Notes: generated by a model not told the origin, from the sequence alone. A DNA stretch of 64,000 nt from Candidatus Nanohaloarchaea archaeon (GCA_013343275.1 CP046106.1:256001-320000), one strand, 5' to 3'; shown: positions 1 to 10,081, numbered from the stretch's first letter. Numbers and translations are program-made.

Positions 1-2
1 AG

Positions 3-173
3 ATACTTCCGACCTGGAACGACTCCGCTCCCTTCAGAATATTGATGAATGATATCGATGAACAGGATCTGGCAACGGCCTATGAATATGTCTCAGGAGA
101 ACAGTATAACTTTCCAGAAGACGGACTGGTTGCGGAAAGAAATGTAGATGTTCCAGACTACCTCAGTTCATAA
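3..173 (+). CDS. partial hypothetical protein (3' end only)
   Basis: Open frame from the window edge (ILPTWNDSAPF...VPDYLSS*), acidic composition, stop at 171-173. Confidence 0.55.
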   Translation: MLPTWNDSAPFRILMNDIDEQDLATAYEYVSGEQYNFPEDGLVAERNVDVPDYLSS

Positions 174-440
174 ACTATTACGTTCTCTTATCTCCAGACC
201 GAGTTTCTGCCGTGCACCGTAGATTGCTCTCCTGCTTACATCGAGCTCCTCAGCTATAGTATCCAGATTACTGTCATATTCTTCTGTCTCATAGAGACCT
301 ACACCAACACATACCCGTGGATTGCCGCCTCTATCACTGTATTCTGCTGCGATCTCTAGACCTTTCTCATCGAGTTCTTCAACATAAACTTCACTGACAT
401 ACTCCGAAAACAGCTTTTCGTAGTCAATATCCAGGTCCAT
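168..440 (-). CDS. small hypothetical protein with C-terminal HTH-like segment
   Basis: 90 aa; LDTIAEELDVSRRAIY resembles a helix-turn-helix. Confidence 0.6.
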   Translation of the reverse strand: MDLDIDYEKLFSEYVSEVYVEELDEKGLEIAAEYSDRGGNPRVCVGVGLYETEEYDSNLDTIAEELDVSRRAIYGARQKLGLEIRERNSL

Positions 441-627
441 CGGAAAAATAGGTAGAAGAAAAAATGTAATAAGGCCTACATATGTTTCGCAGCGAACCTA
501 GGTCTTGTAACAGTCTACCTGGCTCTGGCATCCGCACTTTTCATGGGTGATGTCTTGAAAGATATAGAAGATGGCTACATCTCTGTAGAATAACCGATTT
601 AACATTTTACCGGTAAAAATTTACTGT

Positions 628-1185
628 ATGGCTCCGTGGGAAGATATGCTAGAGGACGAACAAGTTGAAGTAGATCGTGGAAAAGGCACTATCGATATTG
701 AGGCACCTCCCAGTTTTGGAAGAAGCGAATACGAACAAATGGTAGAGAACCTGTGGGACGGAGGCCGATATCAGAACCTGACAGTCCTCGATAGAACTCT
801 TGACGCTGTAAATGAGGCAGGAGCCCTTGTAGGAGAAAGCGCAGAAAAGATAGTTGAAACTACAGTTAACGGTAATCGGGATCGAGAACAGTACGGTCTT
901 GGAGCTTTAGGGATTCTTCTAGGAGGTGGCGGCCTTGCAGCGACACCGATGCTAGCATCCATGGAATGGGGCGGTAAAGCCCTAGAAAACACTCTTGCCG
1001 CACCAGGAAACACTAAATCAAACAATATCTACGACACAACGCCCAGCATAGAGGAAGAGGCAGGAAAGATATTCTACAGCGAATCCTCCGATGGGAGATA
1101 CATAAGGATTACAGGGCCTGAGATCGGAGAACTACCTGAAGAAGAAATAGCAGAACAGGGCCTCGACTATATCAAGAACTTCTAG
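628..1185 (+). CDS. hypothetical protein with Gly-rich hydrophobic segment
   Basis: 185-aa acidic ORF; GLGALGILLGGGGLAA segment. Confidence 0.65.
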   Translation: MAPWEDMLEDEQVEVDRGKGTIDIEAPPSFGRSEYEQMVENLWDGGRYQNLTVLDRTLDAVNEAGALVGESAEKIVETTVNGNRDREQYGLGALGILLGGGGLAATPMLASMEWGGKALENTLAAPGNTKSNNIYDTTPSIEEEAGKIFYSESSDGRYIRITGPEIGELPEEEIAEQGLDYIKNF

Positions 1186-1227
1186 AAGAGAGATCTAATT
1201 ACTGGAAGGAGGGGTTTTTCTCCCACT

Positions 1228-1794
1228 TTAATTTCCTTCCAGTGCATCGATTGTTACTGCTGCAGCGATGATAGTTTCCTTATTATCTACTCCTTCTTCC
1301 AGCTCTATCTCGTACTTATCTCTGAAGCTGAACTGGCCCTGAATTGTTCCGATCTGCTCTCCCTCCGCATTTTCAATTGTGTACCTGTGAGGGAATAGCT
1401 GGGCTATGTCGGAGAGCGATCTTAACAGGCCTACAAGTTTGCCTCTGCTCTCAATTTTTGCGATCAGGTTGCCTTCGGTGTCTTTAACCCTCCATTTGTG
1501 CACCAGGAAGCTGAAGTCCTGTGTAAGTACGGCTATCTTCTCGCCGGTACCGGAGTCGGTGATAGCATAGTCTCCGGCTATATCCATCAGGTTCTCGGCC
1601 TTTACAGTAAATACCTCGTTACCTTCCGGATCTGTGAAGGGGAACTCTTCTTTCATCTTGAACATTTTCTGCTTCGCACCGAGAACCTCCTCTCCACTTG
1701 AATCATACAGTTTATACGCATTTCTAACTGCTTTCTGCTTCAAAGTATACTTGTTATCCGAGAAATCGATCCTGCTCAATGCATCGCCTGGCAT
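1228..1794 (-). CDS. LURP-one/scramblase-like (tubby C-terminal fold) protein
   Basis: KQKMFKMKEEFPF, DIAGDYAITD, FSFRDKYEIE and AAAVTIDALE are typical of the LURP-one family. Confidence 0.85.
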   Translation of the reverse strand: MPGDALSRIDFSDNKYTLKQKAVRNAYKLYDSSGEEVLGAKQKMFKMKEEFPFTDPEGNEVFTVKAENLMDIAGDYAITDSGTGEKIAVLTQDFSFLVHKWRVKDTEGNLIAKIESRGKLVGLLRSLSDIAQLFPHRYTIENAEGEQIGTIQGQFSFRDKYEIELEEGVDNKETIIAAAVTIDALEGN

Positions 1795-1892
1795 AACCAG
1801 ATATTATGCCTCCAATGGTTTAAAACCAGAACAAAACTCAGAGCATTTGCTACCGAACAGATATAAAAATTTAGCCAGGTCTATCGTGTGGT

Positions 1893-2990
1893 ATGCCTCC
1901 AGAGCTCCCGATCAGCCCGGAAACTGACGACTCTCTCGAGGATGAACTGGTGAGGTGGGCGACAGAGTTCCAGGTAAGGCCGGGAAACTACAATCCTGAA
2001 TTCGATGGAGACGACTCAATTGCAATCGTAAGGTCTATAGCAGAAGAAGGAAGTCTTGAGGAAAACATAGATCTTGTAGAGGAAGTTGATGAGAGAATAC
2101 AGGAGATAAGAAGTCAAACACACGATACTGACAGACTGCCGATGCTTCACGTATCAAGAGAAAACATGTCCGAAGTAGAACGTATTGGAGGGCTACCCGA
2201 AGGATTCCTGGATGACCTCCATGAAGTCGCAGCAGAATACATCGACGGATTCATGCCAGGACAGAAGATCACACCGCCCTCCAGTACAGAGTTCACCGAT
2301 ACCGACAAGAACTACGCTGGTAGCCACAGCTTCAGAAGAGACAGATCAAGCCTCTACCACACATTCGGAGGAATAAGCGAAGGATCACCAGCAGCCGAAG
2401 CAGCAGCACACGAAACAATGCACAAAAACAACGTAGAGGCCCTCATAGGAGAAGTAGACAGAGTCAGAGATCTCGCAACAGTATACGAAAACGATGTACC
2501 CGAAGAGTACGAGGAACTAATTGAAAATACCGAGGTACCTAGCGTAAAACACGATCTCCTTGGAGGCCTCTCACTTCTAGTCCTCGATGAAATATACAAT
2601 GCTGGAATTCTTTCTGCATACCAGGAAAACAGTAGAGAGGACATAGATTTCACTCAGTATATAGAAGAGTTCGAGAATGCTGCTGAAGTTATGAACGAGA
2701 AGTTTGGTCTAGAAGAGTATGATACACGTGATGAAACGATCTGTCAGGCCGTCAGCTACTTCATGAAAGGCCAGTTTGAGGAAGGGTTCGAGAAAGAACT
2801 CGCCGACACACGTAGCTCATACAACAGCCTCGATCATTACGGAGAGAAAGCAGGAGACATCATCGCATCACACCTGAATGGATTCCGGAAAGAAATGGAG
2901 CAGGCAGAAGGCCTTCGAGGCCAGAGATTCAAACAGGTAATGCAGAACAGAATACCCTTCCTGAAAGGAGAATACGAATTCGGGAAGTAA
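1893..2990 (+). CDS. hypothetical protein with HExxH (zincin-like) motif
   Basis: 365 aa; AAAHETMH motif. Confidence 0.6.
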   Translation: MPPELPISPETDDSLEDELVRWATEFQVRPGNYNPEFDGDDSIAIVRSIAEEGSLEENIDLVEEVDERIQEIRSQTHDTDRLPMLHVSRENMSEVERIGGLPEGFLDDLHEVAAEYIDGFMPGQKITPPSSTEFTDTDKNYAGSHSFRRDRSSLYHTFGGISEGSPAAEAAAHETMHKNNVEALIGEVDRVRDLATVYENDVPEEYEELIENTEVPSVKHDLLGGLSLLVLDEIYNAGILSAYQENSREDIDFTQYIEEFENAAEVMNEKFGLEEYDTRDETICQAVSYFMKGQFEEGFEKELADTRSSYNSLDHYGEKAGDIIASHLNGFRKEMEQAEGLRGQRFKQVMQNRIPFLKGEYEFGK

Positions 2991-3063
2991 AGATCTCCAA
3001 AGCGGCAGATCCAGGGCCTGCAGTAATCTATTTATAGTTTCTTTTCCTACTGAATTAGTTGCC

Positions 3064-3657
3064 ATGAAAAAACTTGCAATAATTATGATGCTCGCACTGG
3101 CAATGAGCACTGCAGTCCTCGGGAATCCTGTTTTTACGGATCGAGGAGCTGAAGCCAGCAACCCACTGTACGAGGGAATCGGCGGTGGAGACTGTGACGA
3201 CACAGATCGATGTATAAAGCCTGGTCAGATCGCCCTGACTGTCCAGACATGGAATGATCCTGACAGCGACGGAGATGGGATCAGCGATCTAGCACTGGAA
3301 AGCACAGAGATGATTGGAACAAACAGAGGGCAGGTAATATCCGCAGTTAAGGCCAACAAAAACAAGTTCAAGGCTGGAGCAGAGCTCTCCAAAACAGTAA
3401 ACTCAATGGATGTAGGAGACCTTGACGGAGACGGATACCCTGACATAGTTGTCGGCATTGAAAGAAACGAAGAAACTGTAACAGTTACAGGAACAGGGGT
3501 CGACAAGAGATCAGCCAGAACAGGCCTCTACAAGGTTAACACGATGAACAAGGCCGAACTTATCGAGGCAATGGCCAGTGAAGCAGGCCTTTCCAAGGCC
3601 GACTCCAAGAAAGCTCTTGACGCAGTAGGAGAGATTATCCTGGGAGAGGACCGTTAA
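3064..3657 (+). CDS. secreted mosaic protein containing HU fragments and Ca/metal-binding motifs
   Basis: Signal peptide MKKLAIIMMLALAMSTAVLG; GDCDDTD, DSDGDGISD, GDLDGDGYPDIVVG; HU-like KFKAGAELSKTVN, KRSARTG and MNKAELIEAMASEAGLSKADSKKALDA. Confidence 0.75.
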   Translation: MKKLAIIMMLALAMSTAVLGNPVFTDRGAEASNPLYEGIGGGDCDDTDRCIKPGQIALTVQTWNDPDSDGDGISDLALESTEMIGTNRGQVISAVKANKNKFKAGAELSKTVNSMDVGDLDGDGYPDIVVGIERNEETVTVTGTGVDKRSARTGLYKVNTMNKAELIEAMASEAGLSKADSKKALDAVGEIILGEDR

Positions 3658-3713
3658 GACCTCTTTCTTTCTCTCAGTGGAACTTTTTACACTACCCAAC
3701 AAAATTCTCAATT

Positions 3714-4625
3714 ATGAAAGTAGAGAAAGCAGTCAAACAGGTACTCGGCAGAGAACCAGAAAAAGTTGAAGAGATTGCCGAGGGATTGAAACATGATACC
3801 TATTGGGCAACGGTAGAAGGCAAGGATTACATAGTGCAGTTCTCCGGCGACGACTACGATGACCATGCATCCCTCAGACACTGCCTGAAGATGTACGAAC
3901 TTCTCTCAGACACCGTCAAAGTTCCACACGCAGCGACCAGTGAAGTCCAGGAACTTGATGGAGAAAGATACATCATAGTAGAAAAACTGGAAGGACAATC
4001 AGGAGAAAAAAGTATCTCGAAGGAGAAAACACGGAAAGCAGGGAAAGAACTGGCCAAGATCCACAACCACACAACACTCGACAAAGCAGGCTGGATAGAG
4101 TTCAGAGATGAAGGTTACGAAATAGTGGAGTTCGAGGAAGGAGGCCTGAAAGAACATTTCCTCACACAGCTTGAAGAAAAACTACAGATACTCAGGGATG
4201 AGGGCCTGGAAGAGCTCGCTGACAAAGTAGACAGTTTCATCGAGGAAAGAGAAGAAGTCTGGCCCGAAAACTTTACACCTGTGATCTGTCACGACGACTT
4301 CACACCCGACAACACCATCTACCTCAACGGAGAAGTCAACGGAATAATCGACATAGACTACGCATTCTCAGGCCTCGACGCACGTAACCTAGTAAAGGCC
4401 GCCAACGCATTCTGGATGAATGATCCTGTCAAAGACTGGCCTCGCGACAAGTTTTACCAAGGCTATTCTGAGGAAAGGCCTCTGCCTGAGAATTTTGATG
4501 AGTTAGAGAAGTTCTTCCGTGTAGAAACACTGGTCCAAACAGTGGCCTCACTGATTGATATGGATGTTTTGACGGAAGATCAAATAGAATTTTATGAGGA
4601 AGAAATTATGGAAGAGCTAGAATAA
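3714..4625 (+). CDS. aminoglycoside phosphotransferase/choline kinase-like protein
   Basis: Brenner-type motif CHDDFTPDN plus IIDID; LAKIH helix. Confidence 0.85.
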   Translation: MKVEKAVKQVLGREPEKVEEIAEGLKHDTYWATVEGKDYIVQFSGDDYDDHASLRHCLKMYELLSDTVKVPHAATSEVQELDGERYIIVEKLEGQSGEKSISKEKTRKAGKELAKIHNHTTLDKAGWIEFRDEGYEIVEFEEGGLKEHFLTQLEEKLQILRDEGLEELADKVDSFIEEREEVWPENFTPVICHDDFTPDNTIYLNGEVNGIIDIDYAFSGLDARNLVKAANAFWMNDPVKDWPRDKFYQGYSEERPLPENFDELEKFFRVETLVQTVASLIDMDVLTEDQIEFYEEEIMEELE

Positions 4626-4654
4626 TTACCGCTAGACAGTAACCTCTTCTGTCT

Positions 4655-5155
4655 TTAGAAGTTTACTGATTTTGATATAGTCTCAACTCGTCTTACTATT
4701 GCCATTAGAAGTAGAGAATAATGAATTAGGGTAGAAAATAGTACAAAAGAAAGTACTGTACTTGAATTGGTTACTTTTATCATTAAAATTATTCCTAGGA
4801 GCATAATAACCAAGAAAATACTGGTTGTAGTATAATATCTAAGACTCCTAAAAAATTGTTCAAAATTGTTCTCAAATTCGGCCCTATTTTTGTCTTCAGG
4901 GACGTTAAGATCTTCTAAACAAACTTTGTTAGTTAAGGAAAAAATAGCGTTGATGGAGAACCCTGCTACTATAGCTAGTGTTGTGCCTAGATAATTCAGA
5001 ACCTCTGACTTTAATTCAATAAAATGAGTCATTATTGCTCCTAAAATAACAGGAAGAACTATAAACCAAGAGATCAGATATAGATAACTCTCTTCATTTA
5101 TTATTTCTTGGTACGTGTTCTTGATATTAGATTTAGGCGATATAAAGCTGCTCAT
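4655..5155 (-). CDS. 4-TM membrane protein (candidate defence effector)
   Basis: Four hydrophobic stretches, AT-rich, ATGA overlap with the upstream gene. Confidence 0.7.
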   Translation of the reverse strand: MSSFISPKSNIKNTYQEIINEESYLYLISWFIVLPVILGAIMTHFIELKSEVLNYLGTTLAIVAGFSINAIFSLTNKVCLEDLNVPEDKNRAEFENNFEQFFRSLRYYTTTSIFLVIMLLGIILMIKVTNSSTVLSFVLFSTLIHYSLLLMAIVRRVETISKSVNF

Positions 5156-6135
5156 TCTTTTGAACTCGGGAAATTGGTAATTTTTTCATCCTGGTAAGAA
5201 CTTATTAAGTCTTCAATTAGATTCTCAGAGAATTTAGATAAACTTCCATCCCTAACTCTTCCTTTTGTAATTCTAACTTCAGGGTCGCTAGGTTTGAGTA
5301 TATCTACCATTTTAACTGCATCACCCTCATCTAGTGAAACTGTTCTTTCTGATCCTGATTCATTAACTACTGCTCCAACATCCAGAATATTAAAATCATA
5401 TGCTCTCGAGAAACCAATTTTTTCATCGTTGCGAATCTTATCTATTAAATCACTACAGGAGAAAAAACCTCCTCCAGGATCGGGTTTTATCTCTATAGTT
5501 TGTCTGGTAATTTCGCTAGGCCCTCTTTCATCATTTATTCTTTCTTCATGATTAAGATTGAGATCGGGTCCTTTTTCCGTCTCTAGTTTAAATCTCAGTA
5601 ATTCATCGGCTTTTCTCAACTGCCTAACTATATCCTTGGTAAAAAGACGGTTTACTTCAACTTTTACTTTATTGCTGCCAATAAAAGCAGAAAGTTTTCT
5701 TTCAAACTCTGTCTTCGCCCCCATCCCCTTAAACTGTTCCATCACTAACACTGCAGATTCTTTGGGCAGATTGTTTGATCTTGTAACCTGGAAAAAGAAA
5801 TCAATCTCCATAGAATCCTTGACTCCAACTGCATTTTCTTCTCTATTTTCGTTATCTATATTGAATCTGTCTTGTTCGTAACCCCATTCTCCTGTCCTAA
5901 TTCTACCTATGACATTTTTGTTAGACTTATGGAAGTATTTTGCCGAGAACGTCTTTTTCCGATCTTTATCGGCATCAGAGGCTCCCTTATAGTTCTCTAG
6001 GAACTCTGCCATGAAATCCTCAAATGAGTCATAAGCATACAACTCAGGTATATTGTTGGTCCTCTGTAGGTTATAATACCAGCCATTAGGTTCATGCAGC
6101 TTTATCTCATAGGGGACTATTTTATGGGTAGACAA
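5152..6135 (-). CDS. hypothetical soluble protein (candidate defence sensor)
   Basis: 327 aa, TTG start preceded by GAGGAG, AT-rich, not acidic like the host proteome; GRIRTGEWG motif. Confidence 0.7.
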   Translation of the reverse strand: MSTHKIVPYEIKLHEPNGWYYNLQRTNNIPELYAYDSFEDFMAEFLENYKGASDADKDRKKTFSAKYFHKSNKNVIGRIRTGEWGYEQDRFNIDNENREENAVGVKDSMEIDFFFQVTRSNNLPKESAVLVMEQFKGMGAKTEFERKLSAFIGSNKVKVEVNRLFTKDIVRQLRKADELLRFKLETEKGPDLNLNHEERINDERGPSEITRQTIEIKPDPGGGFFSCSDLIDKIRNDEKIGFSRAYDFNILDVGAVVNESGSERTVSLDEGDAVKMVDILKPSDPEVRITKGRVRDGSLSKFSENLIEDLISSYQDEKITNFPSSKE

Positions 6136-6158
6136 GGATATCTCCTCATAGCAGCGGG

Positions 6159-6479
6159 CTAATCTGATGCCACTCCTACTTTTGTATCGTTATAGGCCGT
6201 GATTTCTACTTGCTGGGTTTCAGGTGTTACTCCTGTGTCTAGTTCTGTTTGTTGGAACTGGTCGTAGTCTGAGCCTTCTGTTTCTCCTAGGTATCTAACA
6301 TGCCTATCGTCGTATCCTAGTTCTGTGTCGTCTTCTACTAGTTTGGCCTGTGTGGTTCCTTGGGCCATTGGTGTGCCTGGTGTCAGCATTGTTTTTACTT
6401 CGTCTGCGCTTGGGATTTGTTCCATTTCTGTGAGGTGGAATAGTTTGTACTGTCCAAGGTCGAGTTGTTTGTCTTCCAT
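6159..6479 (-). CDS. small hypothetical protein
   Basis: 106 aa; strongly A/C-skewed coding strand. Confidence 0.6.
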   Translation of the reverse strand: MEDKQLDLGQYKLFHLTEMEQIPSADEVKTMLTPGTPMAQGTTQAKLVEDDTELGYDDRHVRYLGETEGSDYDQFQQTELDTGVTPETQQVEITAYNDTKVGVASD

Positions 6480-6615
6480 AGTTGATCGAAAGCATTTCCA
6501 ACCGGTTAGATTGAAGAAATGCTGAAAGTTGACAGGAAATTAAAGGCTCCTGTCAGGCCTTTTCGGGATCCATTCTGTGAATGGTTTATTGCGTCCGACT
6601 CTCAGCGTAACGAGG

Positions 6616-9558
6616 TCAACACTTGCTCCAGCCACAGTCTGGGCATTTCTTGCATCCTTCTTGGAGGACTAGCATTCCTCCGCAGTCTGGGCATTCTGGG
6701 TTGCCGCCGTCGCTGACGATGCTTGCTGCGTCTCCTTTGTCGGCCTGTTCTTCTGTCTCTGTCTTTGGCTGAGTCTGCCCTTTCTGCTGTGTTTTCTGGG
6801 CCTGTGTGTCGAACTGATCGACCGTTTGCTGGCTGCCTTCGTGGTTTTCCAGGTGGCGTTTCATGGCCTCTGCGATTGCGTCTGGTACTGAGTGAATCTG
6901 TGTTCCCTGGTCCCATGCGATCTGCGGTGAGCGGATGTCGTCAAGCTGTTTGATGACGTCCTCTCCTGATGCACCGCTTCTCAAGGCCAGCGAGGTCATT
7001 CTTCCGAGGGCCTGTGTGAAGGATTGTGTGTATCCTCCGGATTTGCCCAAGTTGGCGAATACCTCGAAAGGCCCGTTGTTTTCGCTATTGTTGATTGTGA
7101 CGAACAGGTCGCCGTAGGCTGTTTCTATTTCCTGTGTTGTTCCCTGTGCGACTTTCGGCCTTTCCTTAATTCCTTTCTTCTCGTCGCCCATGTGTGTGGA
7201 CTGGCCTGTGTCCTGTGTGTCGGCCTCGATACCTTCCTGAGTGACTTCCTGTGAAAGGTCTTCTGTGTCTTCTTCCTGTACTTTGAGGCCTGTGTCGCCG
7301 ACTACTTCCTGGAACTCGTTGGACTGGAGTAGGTCTTCTGCGCCTCCGAATTCATCGATGATCTCTGAGAGCATGTCGACTTTGTCCATGTCGGTGAGCT
7401 GGTTTTCCTTGTTGGTCTGCATGACTTGTGTTTCTCTTGTTCCATCTCTGTAGACTGTCATGCCTTTGACTCCTTTGTCGTAGGCTCTCATGTAGGCCTC
7501 TCTGACATCGTCCTTAGTTGCTTCGTTAGGGAAGTTGCAGGTCTTGCTGATTCCGGAGTGGTTGTGTTTCTGGAATGCTGCCTGGATATCGATGTGCTCT
7601 TTTGGTGAGACCTGATCTGCTGTTGCGAAAATCTCTTTGACGTCGGCCGGCAGAACATCATCAGGAATGGATTCTACTCCTTCCCATTCATTGTTCTCCA
7701 TCTTCTCCTGTGCAGCTCTCTTGACCTCCTCTACGTCGACGTCGTTGGCTTCCAGGGCTTTGATGAAGTAGTCGTCGAACTCGACGAGCATGTCTTCTCC
7801 CTGGATGTCCTTTGCGACGTTCTTGAAGTAGGCCAGTGAGTAGATTGGCTCGCATCCTCCACTGGTGTTTCCGATCATGGAGGTGGTTCCGGTTGGTGCG
7901 ATGGTTACCGTGTTGTGGTTTCTCATCTTGAGGCCGTCCTCGAACTCTTCTGGGTCGAGGCCTCCGGTGTACTGTCTGAACCATTCTTCGTACTCGGTTG
8001 GGTTGGCCCATTTGGATTTCTCCCATTCCGGGAATTCTCCACGGATTTCTGCCAGTCTGTTGGATTCTTCTATTGAGAACCTTGTGATCAGTCGCTGGAT
8101 TTCTTCTGCTGCGGCTACTGATTCGTCTGATCCGTATCTGATTCCTAGCTGGATCATCATCTGTGCGAATCCCATAAGTCCGAGACCGACTTTTCTGAGG
8201 TCTGTTACTGTTTCTTCGATCTCTTCGAGTGGGAAGTCGGACATGGTTACTACGTTGTCGAGGAATCGTAGGCCTGTCTTGGCTACGTACTCGAACTCCT
8301 CCATGTCTACTGCTTGCTGGATGTACTCCTGCATTGCGGCCTGTAGATCGGCCTCGTTCTCGAAATCGTAACGATCCTGATTCTGTTCCTTCCATTCAGG
8401 GAAGGATAGAGCTGTTCCATCACCCTGATCGTCTACAAGGAGCGATAGATTGATGTGGCCGAGGTTACAGGCCTCATAGTTCTCAAGCGGCTGCTCACCG
8501 CAAGGATTTGTCGCTTCGATTCGATGTTCTGGGTGTTTTTCGGTGTCGAAGCTGTGCATGTCGTTAGCTTCGTCATACATGAAGAGGCCTGGTTCTCCGT
8601 TTCTCCATGCTCCGTCGATCAAGGTTTCCCAGATGAATCTTGCTGGGAGTTTCATTTCTTCTCCTGGCTCTAGATGGATGTCGAACTCCTCTATTTCGTC
8701 GCCAAAGCTTGATGCGTGATCTCTCCAGAAGTTTTCGTCCTTACCCTGGTCTGATCCTTCTGCTTCAGGGTACCATTCTTCGTCTCTGTTGTAGAACTGC
8801 GCTGTCTCCTTTGCTACCTCGAAAGGTTCTCCGGTTCTCGGATTGGTTAAGGTGTATTCTTCGTCGTTCTTGACAGCCTCCATGAACTCTTCCGTCAGGC
8901 CGACTGAGATGTTGAAGTTGGAGAGGTTGCCTTCTTTTCTCTTTGATGTTATGAATCTGAGGACGTCAGGGTGGTCGATCTTCATGATTCCCATCTGTGC
9001 TCCTCTTCTCTTGCCTCCCTGCTTGATCGTTCCGCACATTGTGTCGAAGACCTGCTGGAAGCTTAGAGGGCCGGATGCGATTCCTCCTGTTGAGGAGACG
9101 ATATCTCCTTTCGGTCTCATGAGGTGGAATGGGTATCCCATGCCGCCTCCGGACTGGAAGATCTTTGCAGCGTCGTGAACTTTGTTAAAAATACTATCCA
9201 TGTCGTCTTCTGGATGTACGACGAAACATGCGGATAACTGCTGTAGATCTGCTCCAGCGTTCATCAGTGTCGGACTGTTCGGCATGAATTTCTGATGTGT
9301 CATCAGGTCGTAGAACTCTTCCCATGAGTCCTCGAAGTCTACATCATCGTAGTTTTTGTCTGGTTGTGCGACGTTCTTCGCTACCCGTTCAAACATGTCT
9401 TCAGGAGCCTCTACTACCTCGCCATCTTCATCTTTCAGAAGGTATCTGGCTGGTAGAATTCTCTCATAAGCGTTCTCTGTTAATCGCTCTTCGACGGTTT
9501 CTCCTTTGACTCTTTTGACAGGTAACGTGAAGTCTGACTTCTGTTCTAGTTTTGCCAT
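6616..9558 (-). CDS. nrdJ: adenosylcobalamin-dependent (class II) ribonucleotide reductase with TSCPD-like domain and C-terminal Zn ribbon
   Basis: [54 protein letters not shown] and terminal CPDCG...[12 protein letters not shown]. Confidence 0.97.
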   Translation of the reverse strand: MAKLEQKSDFTLPVKRVKGETVEERLTENAYERILPARYLLKDEDGEVVEAPEDMFERVAKNVAQPDKNYDDVDFEDSWEEFYDLMTHQKFMPNSPTLMNAGADLQQLSACFVVHPEDDMDSIFNKVHDAAKIFQSGGGMGYPFHLMRPKGDIVSSTGGIASGPLSFQQVFDTMCGTIKQGGKRRGAQMGIMKIDHPDVLRFITSKRKEGNLSNFNISVGLTEEFMEAVKNDEEYTLTNPRTGEPFEVAKETAQFYNRDEEWYPEAEGSDQGKDENFWRDHASSFGDEIEEFDIHLEPGEEMKLPARFIWETLIDGAWRNGEPGLFMYDEANDMHSFDTEKHPEHRIEATNPCGEQPLENYEACNLGHINLSLLVDDQGDGTALSFPEWKEQNQDRYDFENEADLQAAMQEYIQQAVDMEEFEYVAKTGLRFLDNVVTMSDFPLEEIEETVTDLRKVGLGLMGFAQMMIQLGIRYGSDESVAAAEEIQRLITRFSIEESNRLAEIRGEFPEWEKSKWANPTEYEEWFRQYTGGLDPEEFEDGLKMRNHNTVTIAPTGTTSMIGNTSGGCEPIYSLAYFKNVAKDIQGEDMLVEFDDYFIKALEANDVDVEEVKRAAQEKMENNEWEGVESIPDDVLPADVKEIFATADQVSPKEHIDIQAAFQKHNHSGISKTCNFPNEATKDDVREAYMRAYDKGVKGMTVYRDGTRETQVMQTNKENQLTDMDKVDMLSEIIDEFGGAEDLLQSNEFQEVVGDTGLKVQEEDTEDLSQEVTQEGIEADTQDTGQSTHMGDEKKGIKERPKVAQGTTQEIETAYGDLFVTINNSENNGPFEVFANLGKSGGYTQSFTQALGRMTSLALRSGASGEDVIKQLDDIRSPQIAWDQGTQIHSVPDAIAEAMKRHLENHEGSQQTVDQFDTQAQKTQQKGQTQPKTETEEQADKGDAASIVSDGGNPECPDCGGMLVLQEGCKKCPDCGWSKC

Positions 9559-9596
9559 GTTAACACCATAGTGGAATACAGGTTCGCAATCATGAT

Positions 9597-10037
9597 TTAG
9601 TCCTCTTTCAAGGCCTTAACTTCTTTCTGGAATGATTCAACGTCTTCGAATGAGTCGTATACCGAGGCAAATCTGATGTAGGCTACTTTGTCTCTTTTCT
9701 GGAGTTCTTCCTTGACTTTTTCTCCTATTTTCTCGGCCTCTATCTTTTTGCGGCCTCGCAGCATGCTTTTGACCTCTTCGACTATTTCTTCTACTTCTTC
9801 GTCGGTTATGGAGGTCTTGTTTGCTGCTCTTTCGACTCCGTTCCTTACTTTTTCTTCCTGGAATTTCTCGTTCTCTTTGTCTCTCTTGACTACCGTGAGT
9901 TCGAGTTTCTCGGCTGTTTCGTATGTTGTGAATCTTCTGCCGCAGTTTTTGCACTCTCGGCGTCTTCTTACTTTGTCTTCGGCTTCTCGTGTGTCGACTA
10001 CTCTTGTCGAGTTTTCCTCACAGTAGATGCATTTCAT
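9597..10037 (-). CDS. nrdR: transcriptional repressor NrdR
   Basis: MKCIYC...RRRREC..C..RFTTYE Zn ribbon, ATP cone, [10 protein letters not shown]. Confidence 0.97.
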   Translation of the reverse strand: MKCIYCEENSTRVVDTREAEDKVRRRRECKNCGRRFTTYETAEKLELTVVKRDKENEKFQEEKVRNGVERAANKTSITDEEVEEIVEEVKSMLRGRKKIEAEKIGEKVKEELQKRDKVAYIRFASVYDSFEDVESFQKEVKALKED

Positions 10038-10081
10038 TGGGTATAGTTGGGTCTAGCTTGTTGAAATCAGTTTTGGAAGCA

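Noticed and set aside
450-593. Hydrophobic reading frame FAANLGLVTVYLALASALFMGD...
   Set aside because: No start codon upstream of the hydrophobic stretch; at most a gene remnant
3544-3657. Independent hup (HU) gene
   Set aside because: Only the first two helices are present, in frame within a secreted ORF; the beta-arm region is missing or displaced
7688-8395. Long alternative-frame ORF inside nrdJ, and similar overlapping ORFs such as 44477-45289, 27294-27908 and 61624-62406
   Set aside because: Shadow frames of codon-biased genes; Arg/Ser-rich, no motifs, overlap confident CDSs
6616-9558. Intein in nrdJ
   Set aside because: Catalytic motifs are contiguous; inserts are short acidic loops without intein splice motifs or a homing endonuclease
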